Part shown: piece by piece, positions 14,505-29,100 of the stretch
Layout of the letters: the number at the start of each line of letters is the position of its first letter
Position numbering within the stretch: the stretch's first letter is position 1
Origin: Utricularia gibba
Lineage: Eukaryota > Plantae > Magnoliophyta
NCBI GenBank assembly: GCA_002189035.1
Contig: NEEC01000002.1
Coordinates: 558,001 to 622,000, forward strand
Direction: 5' to 3'
DNA: 64,000 bases
Program-made: the position numbers and the translations under genes
The notes under the pieces: model-generated
What the model saw: the letters and a program-made list of their open reading frames with translations, nothing else
What the model was told of the DNA's origin: nothing
Databases searched by the model: none

Positions 14505-17500
14505 ATGGCGGCATTTATAAATTTGGAAGATTCTCCCATGTTCCAGAAGGAGGTGGACGCCGACAGCTGCTTTGGCGCTGGTTCTGTTCAACTCCTCTTC
14601 TTCTTATTGTGTTTGGGGATCACTCTTTCAGGTGCGATCTCTGGAGCAGAATGCGGATGAGCTGAGAGATCGATGCCAGAAACTTCACAAGGGGTGTAAA
14701 AAGTACACGTGAGTGCACTGGAAGCGTTTTCTCCGTTTCTTTTTTTTTTCCTGAACAGATCGCCCCCTGTTTCTTTGTAGCTTCTTGATCTTGTCTTGTG
14801 GGCTCTCTGTCATCTCCCTACATGATTTTGTATAGTGGGTGCTTTACGAGATTACGTTTTCTCATTTTGCTTTAGTCGCTGTAGGTTTAGCTCCTACGCT
14901 CTAAGCTATTTCCCGTACTTCTTCTCTTACATAGGGTATCTTTACCAGATTTTTCCCGCATTATGTAAGGGTATAAAAATCGAAACCGAAATCCTGTAAA
15001 GGGACCAGCCAACTCACATTTGAATGTGATGAAACTAGTCAATGAGGAAAATATTCTAATTCGTGCTTCTATAATCCAGGGAAGTACTTGGTGAAGCATG
15101 CAATGGCGACTTGGGCTTTGCAGCAGAATTAGAAGCATTTGGTGGTGGCCTTGATGATCTTCTTGGTGTCTCCATAGGAGGTGTGTGATTTGAAATTTTT
15201 GAAGAGCTTTAATTTTTTTAAACTGGTTGAACCAAAGTTCTGGGTGTTGGTGTCCACAGTTTAATTGTACACTGTTTGCGTATGCCACTATATAGGTCCG
15301 GTACTATCGAAATTTATCAGTGCATTACGTGAGCTTGCTACATACAAAGAATTTCTTCGTTCTCAAGTGAGACTATCCTTGCTCTCTTTTTGTTTTTGTT
15401 TTTTTATGTTTTGAGAGGAGAGTATGCCAGATTGCTCCTGTTCTTAATTACCTATTGTCCATTCGAAACAAATTAGAGCAGATAGATTAGGTACTCTGTT
15501 GAATTTCAGTGTTCGTTTATGTAATCATTTGTGTCAATACACGTCTTCTGTTTCCCTACTTGAAAGAGGAGCTCATAGGAACACATCTTTCGCCATGTGA
15601 CACCTTGGAAGCTTTTATTGCAGGTTGAACATGTTCTTGTTGACCGATTGTCTCAATTTTTGAATGCTGATTTGCAAGATGCAAAGGTAGTGCCTATATT
15701 TCCATTATGTGCTCCAGAATGAGTTTGATAAGAGTAAAGTTGGTTTTATAAACTGATTTTCTAATCATGTACTGTGATTCTCATTTTCTACTCTACATCT
15801 TTTTTTAAATTTTCTATATACTTCTTATCATTCATGTATTATGCGTACTTGTACCAAAAAGAGGAGAGATTTTTCATTCAATCATGTAATTTCTATGTCT
15901 GTCTCCTGCAGGAGTCACGCCGTCGTTTTGACAAGGCCATATATGCATATGATCAGGTGTTGGAATAATGACAAAAGCTCAATGATTCGTTCCTTAATAT
16001 TTTGAGTAGAAAACTCTGTGTGAAAATATTTCCTGAAGGGAATTCTGAAGGAATGAATGCATATCCTTTCCTTCTTTAAAAGAATTCATAATTGTTGACT
16101 GTAAACTTTGTGGAACTATGCCATCCCTGTATCCCTTCCCATGCTCAAGCCATTGATAACATTGGGTGCTTTTGCGTCAGGCAAGAGAAAAGTGTGCTTC
16201 TCTGAAGAAGACTGCACGGGATGAAGTTGTTGCTGAATTAGAAGAGGTAGGCTGTTTGATTATTCGTTATTTTCTAGATCATATGGAACTCATCTGTAAC
16301 TTGTATGACAGGATCTTCAAAACTCAAAGTCATCATTTGAGAGAAGTCGGTTCAATTTGGTATAGTGATATGGAAGCTATTAGTCTTATTTTTATTTTCT
16401 TATTTCTTCGTTAACTTTATTTGATATGTGCGACACCAGGTACATGCTCTCACAAGTGTTGAAGCTAAAAAGAAATTTGAATTCTTAGAATCATTTAGTG
16501 CTGTAATGGATGCCCATCTTCGATTCTTTAAACTGGTATTTCTTTTTTCTGCTAACTTGACATTCTGAATCCTGCTGAGATTGTCACACTGAATCCTGCA
16601 AATACACTTGTTTTAGGGATATGAGCTTCTGAAACAGATGGAGCCTTTTATTCACCAGGTATAAAAGTTAACCTTACCATCACTGAGTCGGGGAATGGGT
16701 AATCCTATTTTTCAATACGATTCCTTCAGAACCCTTACCTATTTTTTGTATTTTTGATTACCTTCATTCTTGTTTGTTATCCTGTTTTAGGTATTGACCT
16801 ATGCAATACAGTCGAAGGAGCTGGCCAACGTTGAGCAAGATAAACTTGCAAAGCGGATTCAGGAGTTCAGAACACAGTCTGAATTGAACCATTTGCAAGC
16901 TTCTGATAAGTTGGCACTCTCATCAAATGTTGTGGGCCTGAACGGTCTTGGCATTGGTTCCTATAAAAACACAGAGGCAATCACTCTAGTGACTACCAAA
17001 GGTGAGGTGAGTTTCCTCTTCATCTAATTTTAATTAATGTTGCAGTCATTTCAATCTCAATAGATAGTTATGGTCTCATATAATTTCAATTTAGGACTAA
17101 AGCAAGATGAGGAGCAATTCCTTTCTTGATGAACTTTAGAAATTAGGTCACAGTTAGGTAGGATAATGCACTTTCATAACTTTTCATTTTTCTCTCTTTA
17201 GGTTCAAGCTATCAAGCAGGGGTATCTTTTGAAAAGATCGTCAAGCTTGAGGGCTGACTGGAAGAGGAGATTCTTTGTACTTGACAGTCAGGGGACTTTG
17301 TTATATTACAGGAATAAGGGTGTAAAACCTGGGGTATGATCTTCTGGTCATCAGTCAAAAGAGTGCTGATTTCAATGCTTCATTGCGGTTGTTGCCTTAC
17401 GTATTTCTGGAGTTCATGTGCAGGCTCCTTTTGCATTTTTGTCTGAACAATCTCATGTTCCTGAAACATGCATGCATGCAGAAATTTTTTTGTGACGTCA

Positions 17501-19709
17501 GTTTTCTCTATATTCATTCAATTTTTCTGTAGTTCTCTAAAAAAATTTGTTCAATATGCAATTTTATAAAGCAAGATTCTGGAGCAAGAAAAAATGATCA
17601 TCCATCTTCAAACATTTACCGTGCCACCTTTGGTTGCACTATATCATAAAATGCGTTGACATACTATTTCATTGCTTCTGAGTGAAATTGGTTTCACTGA
17701 TCATGTTTCATTCTGATATTGTCTTTTTCAGTGCTCGTTATTCATTTCTTGTTATTTTTTTTAGTACATTAATGTTGCATGATTTTGGGTGCCCTCGGTA
17801 TTTCATGTGTTTCTCCTCCACCTTACCACTGTTCTCGCTTTTTTCCTTTTTCCCAGGGTGGTTCTTCTTTCTCTTCTTACCAGCCATTGGATCAAAACAG
17901 CCGTGTATTTGGTAGATTCCGCTCAAGACATAATAGAAACTCATCGCATAGTGATGGTAGCCTAGGCTGTAGCACAGTTGATTTGCGTACTTCTACCATT
18001 AAAATTGATGCCGAAGAGACTGATCTGCGATTATGTTTCCGGATAATTTCTCCTTTAAAAACATACACTTTACAGGTAGTGTGTGGGAATTTTTATGTAC
18101 GACTTGGGTTTCATTAATAAAATCTCTGTCGGTATGGATAGGCTGAAACAGAAGCTGATAGAATTGACTGGATGAACAAAATCACTGGAGTTATTGCGTC
18201 CCTCTTGAATTCTCATCTGCAACAGGTCTGATTTACAATTTCCATGTACGGAAATGAACTTGCAACTTTTTATAGCAGGATTTGTGAATTTTATTTTTTC
18301 CTTTTGTAAGGTGGATTTGGGGAATAATGATGATGCTAAAGGTTATAATCAATCTGGCTCATCTCGTCACCAGCCACTTGATAGAATTGAGAGTGCTCCA
18401 GATGATTTAAGAGTCAACCGGGTGGATTCTGTTTCGAGGATTCTTAGGGAGGTAGCCGGAAATGACCAGTGTGCAGAATGCAGCGCTCCACAACCTGATT
18501 GGGCTTCTCTTAATCTTGGGATTCTAATGTGCATTGAATGCTCTGGCATTCATCGTAATCTTGGAGTTCATATATCTAAGGTATGCCTTGATGGAAGTTA
18601 AATATTATGCTCTCCCTTTCAGGGCTTTTATCTTTTCCACTTCTTATTTATCTACTACTTTGAGTACCTGGTTTCTGGCGGACCTCCCATACATACCCCT
18701 TGCATGTTGGTGCCCAATTAGCAGTCACTATACTTGATGTCAATATTGCAGGTAAGGTCGGTCACCTTAGATGTGAAAGTTTGGGAACCATCCATTTTGG
18801 AATTGTTTCGAGTTCTGGGTAATGCCTACTGTAATTCTGTGTGGGAGGAATTGCTTCCAGATGTGTAAGTTCCTTGCAATCTCAGCAAGTCCACATGTGT
18901 TGGTTAACTTGAGCCACCAACCCTTCCTCCTTTCTGTGAAGTATTAAGCATCTTGACTTCGTGTCACTGAATCTTCTTTAACTGCAGAAGTTTGAATCCT
19001 GAAGCCTCAAAACTGAGCAAGCCAAGCCATGAAGACGCATTTTATCTAAAGGAACGGTTCATTCAACTGAAGGTAGTGATAAACATACGAATCCTTTTCT
19101 AACATGCAAGAACACCTTTTTATTTCTTCAGAATCTGACTTGCCGTTTTCTGCAATTTAGTATGTCAGAAAGCTGTTCATAAACAAAACAGCGAAAAGCT
19201 CCAGAGACCTGTGGGAGGCTGTTAGGACCAACAATCTGCGGGAAGTGTATCATATTGTTACCGTATCAGATACAAACATAGTGAACAGTACCTGCGGCAA
19301 CCCAGAGGCGGAGGACATTTCTCCCAGCGACCCCAGAAACCGCCCCGAGGCATCCTCCACTTTAATGCACTTAGCATGCCACAATAAGAACACGGTGATG
19401 CTAGAGCTGTTGCTGCAGCTGGGTTGTGACATAAACATGCGTGATCTCCAAGGTAGGACTCCACTCCAGTATTGCATCCTAAAAGGGAACATCGATCTGG
19501 CCAAGTTCCTACTCAGGAGGTAAATGAAAACTGTCATCTGTCATGCATTTGGTTTCGATTCACTCTCATAAACGATGACCCTCCTTGGAATCAGAGGCGC
19601 TCGGGCGTCCATAAAGGATGCTGGTGGTTCCACTGCTTTAGAAAGTGCCATGGCAATGGGAGCTCTCACTGATGAGGAGCTCTTCGTCCTCCTCGCGGAG
19701 AGCGAGTGA
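14505..19709 (+). CDS. AGD2: ARF-GAP with BAR, PH, ArfGAP and ankyrin domains (AGD2/AGD4 type)
   Basis: About 20 exons splice in frame. [15 protein letters not shown]; PH domain [24 protein letters not shown]; zinc finger [29 protein letters not shown]; ankyrin repeats; ends [14 protein letters not shown]. Confidence 0.93.
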
Positions 19710-20108
19710 ACCGACTACAAATGTTGCATGCCGCCTTCCATTCTGGTAATCCATCAAGGTATTATCAGCGGAATGAATATTGGATGGATTGGACGGACCC
19801 CACTGTGTATTTGGTAGTCGATATAGCTAAAAGATGATCAATTCACGGAAAATTTAATAAACATTCAGTATTATTTTTAAATTAAATTGTAACATTTATT
19901 TTTATTTATTTCTGTATGTCACTTGCATAATATTTTCAATTATATATTTCAAAGAGTTCTAAATCTTACCATCTATTTTAAATATATGTAACGAACATAA
20001 ATATATACTTATTAAATTCATAATTTAAATTGTAATTAAGTAATAAATTTATTTAAATATAAATAATTGGAATATATAGTTAATAAAACTAGTCTACTTA
20101 CTATTGCG

Positions 20109-23100
20109 CTATTGCTTACACCGGTGCAAAATATGTACGGAACCTAAGCCACGCTCTTTTCTCCGGTGGATGATGGAGTTGAGCATTCTCTGAAACTCGG
20201 AGGCATCTTCCTGGCCAGGGAACTGTAAGACGGTGTGGAAGATGGGGAGAGACGAAGAAGATAACCTGTTTTCGCTGCTTGAAGATGATGCGTTGCTGGT
20301 ACCAGTTCCGACAATGTGAACGGCCTCGCCTCCGTCGCCATCCTTGGCCAGGATTATGCTGTCTATCTCGTTCCGAGTCAAGATCACGGTGTCTGGGTTC
20401 ACCGGAACCCCACTGAAATCGGGTGTTCCCAAGTCCACCAGGCTGGAGCAGCTAACAACTAACACCAGTCCTCCGGTGATCAATGCGTAGTCGCCGTTCT
20501 GCTTGAGGGCTTTGCACATGACCAAGACTTCGTTCCTCAGCGTCGGATCTGATTCATGGAGGACGTAGGTTCCGATTGCCTCCTCCCAGGAGTAGGGCTT
20601 CAGAGAGGACTCGGTGCTTAAAGGCCTGGGTAGCCGGATCCTGAAGCATCGGAATCCTCCCATCTGGTGGATTCTACTACGGTTCTTGATGCTCTGGGCA
20701 GTTTTCCCGGTGACCTCAAGAATGCTAGCCGCAGGCTTTGCCAGGAGACCAGCAACACCTACGGCTACACCTGTAGAGGAGAAATGGACCCAAGTCCAAG
20801 CATGATGGTATGCTCATAAGGGAGTGTTTCCTGGTTCATGGCATTCAGGAGAGTACCTGAAAGCACCCCTGGTAAGCCATGCTTCTCTGCACCCTGGATT
20901 GGTGATTGGAGTACACCAGTGAGACCCTGTGACAGAGGATTAGCTTAATCAGAAGTGGTTCATGTATGTATCGCCCCTGTCATATGTAGAAAACTGCAAA
21001 ATACCACAATTCAGAGATAATAGTGCACCTCTAAAAATTCATTTATTACTCCCCTACTACGTGATGGAGCTCCTTTCTGTTGGCTTTCCTTCATGGAATC
21101 AACTTGTTCATCCAGCGTAAATGCCACAATTCCCTAGGAAAATAGATCAATTCAGAGGGGAACATTTCCATGGCCATGGCTCAACTCTTAAAGATATCAC
21201 GTACCTTATGTGCAGCTTTAGTGAACTGACTGGTGGCATCACTAATTGCATAGATGGTGTTGCTGAGAAGACTGGTGGTCCCATAAGCCATCCCTGTAAT
21301 GAGGCCAGTTGGGCTCTGAAGACAAAGAACTTGGGTGAGATTTTCGTTTTGTCAACAGCGTCTCTATGTGCGCGTGTTTTCTTGAGGAGCAGGCGGTTGG
21401 ATTTTGTTGGACAGTAAGGAGAGCTCATAGATTGGGGTAAAAACCTGGAAGTCTCTCCAGGAAGGGAGTGAAAAGAAGTCACTAATACCAAGACCTAAAC
21501 TTCTCGCGAATCCCACTGGATTTCCGATGACACCGGCTGAACCAAGAACCTGCACGTTAAATATGCAAGGATTTGCAGCCATATTAGTTCATATTTTTCA
21601 GAAACTATGAGACGGACATCTTAACCAAAACCACACACACGACATACCTTGTACATCTCTTGCAAAAATTGACGGCTATAATGTACAGCAAGGATTTCCT
21701 GGATGGACTCAAAACTTGCAATTTTATGAGAAAGGGTAAATTGTCTGAAATGGATTTTAGCCCCCTCCACATCAGCAAGAGCCATGAGACCTCTCTGCAG
21801 CAAGGAAATTTAAACCATTTTAAAAAGATGGCTTCAGATTTAAGCTCGTTTCCCAGGCTGCTCTACACTTACATGAATAAGGGATTCTCCAGATGTCAGA
21901 GTACCATTCCTGAGGATCCATGGAGTACTTGAAAAGCTGTGAGAAAAATCAAGTCAGGATTTAAGGTGAAAAAAGTAGTATACTGCAAGTTCAGATGAAA
22001 AATTCTGGCGACCCTAGGAATAATTCCCTGCTACTAACCTCAGCGTCAGTTTTATAGGCCCCACATCGAACTGCTCCACATAAACTTTTTTGTGCGTTGT
22101 CTGATCAATGTGAATTTGTTGCCAAGGAGCTCCGATTGGGATAACATTGGGAAGCGAGCAGCCGGTGTTAAAATCTTCACCATGGAGAATATTGCAATCG
22201 GAAGGACATTTTTCCAGCATTCTGCCGGTGGAGTCTGAGGAATGCATATGCTGATGACTTTTGCTTTCCAACCTTGAAGAAACTTTCTTCCCGAATTCAA
22301 ATAACTTCAGTACAATCTCTTGCTCAATCTCAAGGAAAACGTCTGCCATTCTGCACATCCACAAATCAGGCAATTGCAGCAAGTATGAAAGGGACAAGTG
22401 TGGAATACACAAACCTGAGGTTAACAGATTCAATTGAAACAAGAGACGCATCGGTGTTTCTCCACTTGGAAACAGCTAAGGAGAACACTGCTTCACTCGA
22501 GCTTGTAAAACCAAGATCTGTATTTCCAAATAATTTTGCGCTGCTCTCCTTGACTTTTGTCTGGATAGCATTGTTGCCCTTGTTACCAGGGTTAAATGAC
22601 AGTATAACAGGATAGGAAGTTGTATGAATTTGATTGTCTATTTGGAAGGACGTAATTTGCAGGGATAACAATTGTTGTTCCAGGCCCTGTACAAAATTAA
22701 CTTTTGCGTTCTTAGCACTCACATAAAGTAGCTCCTGCAAAAAAAAAGCCAATTAACATCAGCCAACAGGCAATATTGACATGGAAGTGATGATTTGACC
22801 GTAAAGAAACTTCTATGTCCATGCTAACCACCTCAGGATGGGCATTCATCAAGGAGACTCCAAGAAAAGCTATGTCCAGCGATATCCTTTCATTCCAAGT
22901 TGAAGATTCCCATCCGCTGGCCTGTTTTTCTCTGTATTTCAACTGTGGGGAAGGAAGACTCCTAACACTCACATCATGGCGACTTGCATCGGTGACACTG
23001 ATCACCTAAATGAAATAACAAAAATTAGCAATCACAAAGTAGGATAAATAAATAACTTAGAATCAACAGTTCAATTGCAGACCTTTATTGCTCCTTCAGA

Positions 23101-26100
23101 GTGGATGGTTACTACTAGATGTCTTTCAGGCTTCTGTAGAATAATTATCGATACACATATATTAGTGAATCAGAAATATGAGGGCAACACGCATTCCATG
23201 TTCGCATGAAAAGCTACATGGCTGAATCATGTCCCATAGTTTGGGTCAAATGTTACTTCCGCTGGAATAAAAATATCTAGTAATCAAACCTTCAATATGA
23301 AACTCCCTCCAATTGATTCTATGAAGTCCATGTGATAGAGAAAAGTAGTGCACAAATAAAAAAGTTAAGAAATTCACCTCTATATTTTAAGGCCACAAAT
23401 ATTTCACGAAGGACACACAAGTTTTCCAACAGTTACATATGGCTAACAACTATCCCAACTGCACAAGCAATAGTAGAGAAATCGCACCTCAGAAGTTTCA
23501 GGTAAGTGAACAAGTGAGTCCGCTAGATTATCATCAATTGCATATGATCCTAAAATACGTTCACCTGGCACCTGAAAAAAGACGGGCTTAGATACCATAA
23601 CAGCCTGGTGGCATACATTATATGAACTACGATACCTCCACAATGAGGCGATGGGGATAGCAGGGTTCATCCCAAGCATATTGCGAACATGTGTAGGGGT
23701 GAACCAGAGTTTCAAATGATTCACATTTCAGCTGGTAAATACGTAAGGCCTACAAGAAAAATGTGATATCATAGTTGTAGAAATTAAGTAGTGACAAAAA
23801 TATCAAAAATATGTTACCTAGTTATGGAACTGAAGTACTCATTTTAAATCTTGTTAGTTGTAAAGAAAAACAAACTGATTATCAGAAATCTGATGTACAC
23901 TTTTCAAGGGCTACGACACAAAAAAGATGATAAAAGGTGGAAAAGATCCAAAAGGAGCATGGCCACGTGTACAACCAGGAATTTCATTTAAATATGTACT
24001 CATCAGTTGATAGATTTCATACGAAGGAAGAGATTGGACTAGTTGCTTATAGTATTTGGAGTCAGTAATGACCTAACCTCCATCGAGTGATTGTTAATCC
24101 TGTATGGCATAAACCCTGTATTGTCAACTGACAGTATTATCAGGCGTATCCCTGAGTTACCAGAAGTTCCCTCAACAATATTTTTTCCTCCATTTGCAAC
24201 GTCAGCACTCCTCACTTCCACACGCATCATGAGAACCACAGAATTCATGTAGTTGCGCACTTTAACCTGTGTGTCACCCAACTGCTCGGGTAAGAACGAC
24301 CCTGACCACTCCCATCCTGGCTCATTGAAGCGAATTGAAAGCAGTAGCTCTCTGAAACCAAGATGGCAAGGAGCAGAAGTAATTATGTAAGACCATGAAG
24401 ATGATATTCTAAAATTTGAACATGCCAACATAGGATTTTTTTTGTTGTGGGAATGTTCCCGAAAAAGTACGTTTGCATCAAAACAGTGAAACACTTTATG
24501 CAATGTTCTCAACCTATTCATGTCCATCCAATGAATGTGCGAGTGACATCCAGCCCCCAAGGTAAATGGGAATTTGGTACCCTTCTGCTTATAACATAGT
24601 GTTCTGGTGGATGCATTGGTTATGATATATCTGCAGCCACGAATTATGAATCACTCTTCAACAAAACGTCTTTAACTGGCAAGCAAACTAAATAAAACAA
24701 GATTTACTTTTCAGAAAGGAACAAACTACCTTGGTTGAAATGTGATAACTTTTGTCCTCCCAGAAAAAGGCGCAGCCGCAGAAGTAACAGTTAGAACATA
24801 CCCGGATGCTGTTGTTGGTTGAGGGAGAAAGATACTGATCGAACCAGTTGGGGGTACAAGAGAAAATGGGATGGACCATGAATGCTTTGAGGAATTCCCC
24901 ACAATAGATTGAATATTCCTACTAAGCCTCGCAATAACCTCCCCAGAATAGGAGGAAGGATCAGGAGAGAACAAGCAACCTCTCACACTCTTCTGATAAC
25001 CTGGTAATAAATTACGTTCTTTCATGTTTTCTTCAATGACCAAACCTGCATGAAAAAGCAAATTAGAGGGACAAAACTCAGAAAAATTCAATCCATGGTT
25101 CGAAAATAGGGGTTAGCTCCTTATACAACCCTTAGAAACAGTTTTTGACACTGAACATCAAGCATTAATGTATTTATATACCCATTTTATATGAACTCTT
25201 ATCAGAACAGATGCTAGCAAGTCCATTTTTCTCCTCAAAGGCTGCCTTCTCTTCATCCAAATCGTAGCAAGAAGGCATAGCGCAGCTATGACCTTTCAAC
25301 TCATTGCCAGTGTTCGAAAGTAACAGAGAGAATCCAGTACAGTTATACAACAAGAAAGGAACTGATATCAATATTTCACGCGCTCCACTCACAGCATCCA
25401 TCACCTTATCCACTGTTACGTATAATGCACCTGGATTTGACACAGACCAATGGTTAACCAAGAAAACTAGATGAAAGAGATAGGATCAAGTTTCCACAAC
25501 TTGACGTGAAAAGTCTATCTTGTAGTTAACTATTGGTGTACCATCTGAAGACTCGGGATCGAATTTCACAATTTCAGATATGGAGAAGCTAGTTCCACTG
25601 AATTTAGCTTTTTCACTGAACGATTCAGCACGAGGATACTTCACAGTCGAAGGCTTAAATCCGTGCAATTTGAATGTCATCAACAAATCACTAGAAGAAT
25701 CAACTTGATGGAAAGAAGTTTCAACCTGAAAATTGGCAAGAATATTAAAACTAGAAAATAAATGCCCGTCCTTAAAAGAAACAACCGCAAGAAAAATCCA
25801 ATGGCAGAATGGTGGTCTTCGAGTTGACATTACTTCACAAACCTCAGAAAGGTATGCGGTGTGGACAAAACCAGCAGCTTCAAACGTAATACTCATTGAT
25901 CTCATGAGATAGTTCTTCAGCACCAACGGGCTGGTTAAAACAACTTGATAGAGAGAAGTACTCAAACCATGTGAAACCTGAGCTTGCCTATCAGCATCAA
26001 TATCACTCGGAGAATAAGGTCCTCTTACTCTGCCTAATGGAGGCAGACACTGATCATTAACAGATATGCAACATCGGAATGCCTCATTGCTAGGCTGAGA

Positions 26101-29100
26101 AGGATAACATACAAAAGAACGAAAAAATCCAATCTTGACATCTCTTGAGATGATACTTGAGATGTTAGAGGCTTCACTCCACAGGTAAGAATCACCAACA
26201 GGGCGCCATCTAATAGATCCAACTTTAGCCAAATGAATAGGCAGTGGAAACTCTTGCCCAGGATATATAGGACCCAAAACCTGAAGTTTGAGATGTTATA
26301 ATAAAGATCAACGTCTCTCATTCTTGTCATAAAGGTGGGAAAACAGGAAGCCGAATTGAATGTATCAGTTACCTTAGAAGATAACCCAAATGGAATATCA
26401 AGCCGTACTTCAAACAACACCGGAGTTGCATTTAGAATTACAACCTGAAATAGAATTGTTCAAAGGAATTCTAAGAAGCAAGGGTACTTACAGAGATAGA
26501 GAGAGAAGGTGATCGAGGCATACTGTTGAATACAATCTTATCAACTTTGTAAACCGCTGAACAGAAACATCAATCACTACTGGAACAAAAAATCCACCAT
26601 TTCCATCCAATCCTACATCACCCTCAACTTTTCTAATCTTTTTGTCATGAACACCACCAGATTTGGCTTCAGAAATTTGTGATGATTTTGAAAATTCAAC
26701 TTCAAAGTATCTACGACCAGAAAGATCCATTGAAATGGGTGGAGAGCGCAAAGAAGCACCCTCCAGTTGGAATGTTACGTATCGATGTGCTGTCTCTAAA
26801 AACTGCATATCATTTAGCTTGTCACAAGACCGAATTGGTCGGTACCGAAAAAGAATTTCTTCTGGTGATTCGTTGATGTAAATAAGGGCAGAAGAGCCAG
26901 CATCCAAAACGCCAGTAGGGGGAGACACGCCCAGGTCAACAGTATCAGGTTGCTGCTGGCAAACACTAAAAAATAGAGGGAGGGTAGTTAAATTCTGCAA
27001 CATGTAAGGAGCATATCTTGTATCAGAACTTCCGGTTTTAGAATTATTTAAACAGTCAGAATCTCTTGTCTCCACAGAGATCCAAACATCCTTCGCCATC
27101 TCAATCGTCCTGATGACAACCTGAGGTGCACACAGATATGAATGCATTAGTCTTCGACATCGTCTAGCAAAATGAACAACTAGTGGAAGGGTCAGAATAC
27201 CTCAATGATGGATTCATTAATATTCAAGTTCAGATAATCCTTGGATTCCAAATGAATATCCACCAAACCACCACCAAGAAGAGAACTCTCAAACTGCTTT
27301 GTTTTCATGGTTAACTGAATCTTGCAAGGCTCCAAAAATGGCTCCCACGATACCTGAAAAATGGTAAACACTATGAAAGCACATACAGAAAATGTTGGGT
27401 CACGAAGATGCATGCATAAATAATCTTCAGACCTTGTCAATGCTGTAGTAATTCACTTGTAAATCAGAACTGGCAGATCCTTCGATTATATCCTCTGATG
27501 CATTCGCATGAAGTATCATGCTTCTGACTAGAAACTCGATCAAGGGTCCATTAGAAGTCCACTACATAATAATGAACACAAAAGAGAATCACACATTATT
27601 TTATGTGACTTCGACTGGATATCCCCTTTTCACTGGATAACTTTCAGAATACTTCAGAGCTTTACTAGAAAACAGATCTAACTGGTCCTAATAGATACTT
27701 GTGAAGATGATATTGAATCATCGGTCTTAACTTTCAGGTTGGACAACAGTAAAAATCATGGCAGCAAGGAAGGAAAGTTGATATAGTGTTTAAGTGTAAT
27801 GGCAGAATTACTATGAACTCACAAAACAAAGGGAAGAAATGTAGCACCATACCTGACGATCGGATAAAAGAATAGAAACCTTCTGTAGATGCAATTTAAT
27901 ATTTATTGCTTCGAATCTTAACTTCGAAGGTGTTTCCTCTGTTTTATGGAACCATCTAAATTGGAAGAGGTATTTCATGTGATTCGACAGTGAGAAGTGT
28001 AGTCCATCACATCGGACCAATAAATTGGTGCTCATCTTTTGAATCTCATCATTAAGTATCTCGGCATTTATGTAAATTTTAGATAACTGAAAGAGGGGCC
28101 ATGTTTGCAAAGAATTTGTGCCAAATAACTTCAATATCCCACTAAGATTCTCAGATATAATCGTGAATTTCAACATCTTTCCATCAGCAATAAGTCCACT
28201 GTTTCGACATCTCAGGTTGAAAGAAATAAAACACCTATGACCACTAGGCTGCTTAGGAAGTCCAAGTGAATTGCTACAGTCTGCTTTTTCCAGTGCAGGA
28301 AAATGAATATTGAGAGATATGTCCTCTAATATTAATGAAAAAGAACTCGCAGCAGGCACACTATCCGCATCTGAAGGGGGCCTATGTTGTTAGCTACTGG
28401 GTTGTTACATGAACTCTCAGTTGGTACACCTGCATTCAGTTTGGAAATCTGCTTTGGGAATGAGCTCAACAGGCAAATCACCTCATCCCAGTCGGACAGG
28501 TGAAGCCATATATTTGCAGACGAGCATGATAAAACAATTTTTGTTCCATCAGAATCTGAGAAAGAAAGAACTACATCAAGAACTGACAAGCCCAACCCAG
28601 GAGAAGCAAAATGGGCAAGTGCAACAGAATTTAAAAATGAGAAAATCGCCAGAGAAAAGACAGAGATCTTGAGACTGTGAAGTTTGTCATCCATCAGTGA
28701 TACTGTTAAAACAAACTGGATCTCAGCCTCATTTAAGAGTTGACAACAATGTGAGGTACTGTTCATTCTCAGAAATCTTAGGAACACTGACTGTACACAG
28801 AATTTCATCTCAGTCCGTGTAATGTTTGAAGTTTCATGAGACCCAGTATATTCCTTCAAATCTAGGACATCTGAAGTCTCAGATAAGAGCGTTTGGGATT
28901 CTTTATCAACCAAAGAAAACTGCTCAATGATGTAAAGCAATGCCTTGAGTCCAGAAATAGCAGAGACTACTGAAAAACAATCAAAGGAGAATAGAATGAA
29001 CAGAGTGAAATGGGATATGGAAATAAAAGAACAGTGCAATGAAAATATTATCATACCCTCAATATCAATGCAGCATTCTTTCACATTGGCCATGAGACAA

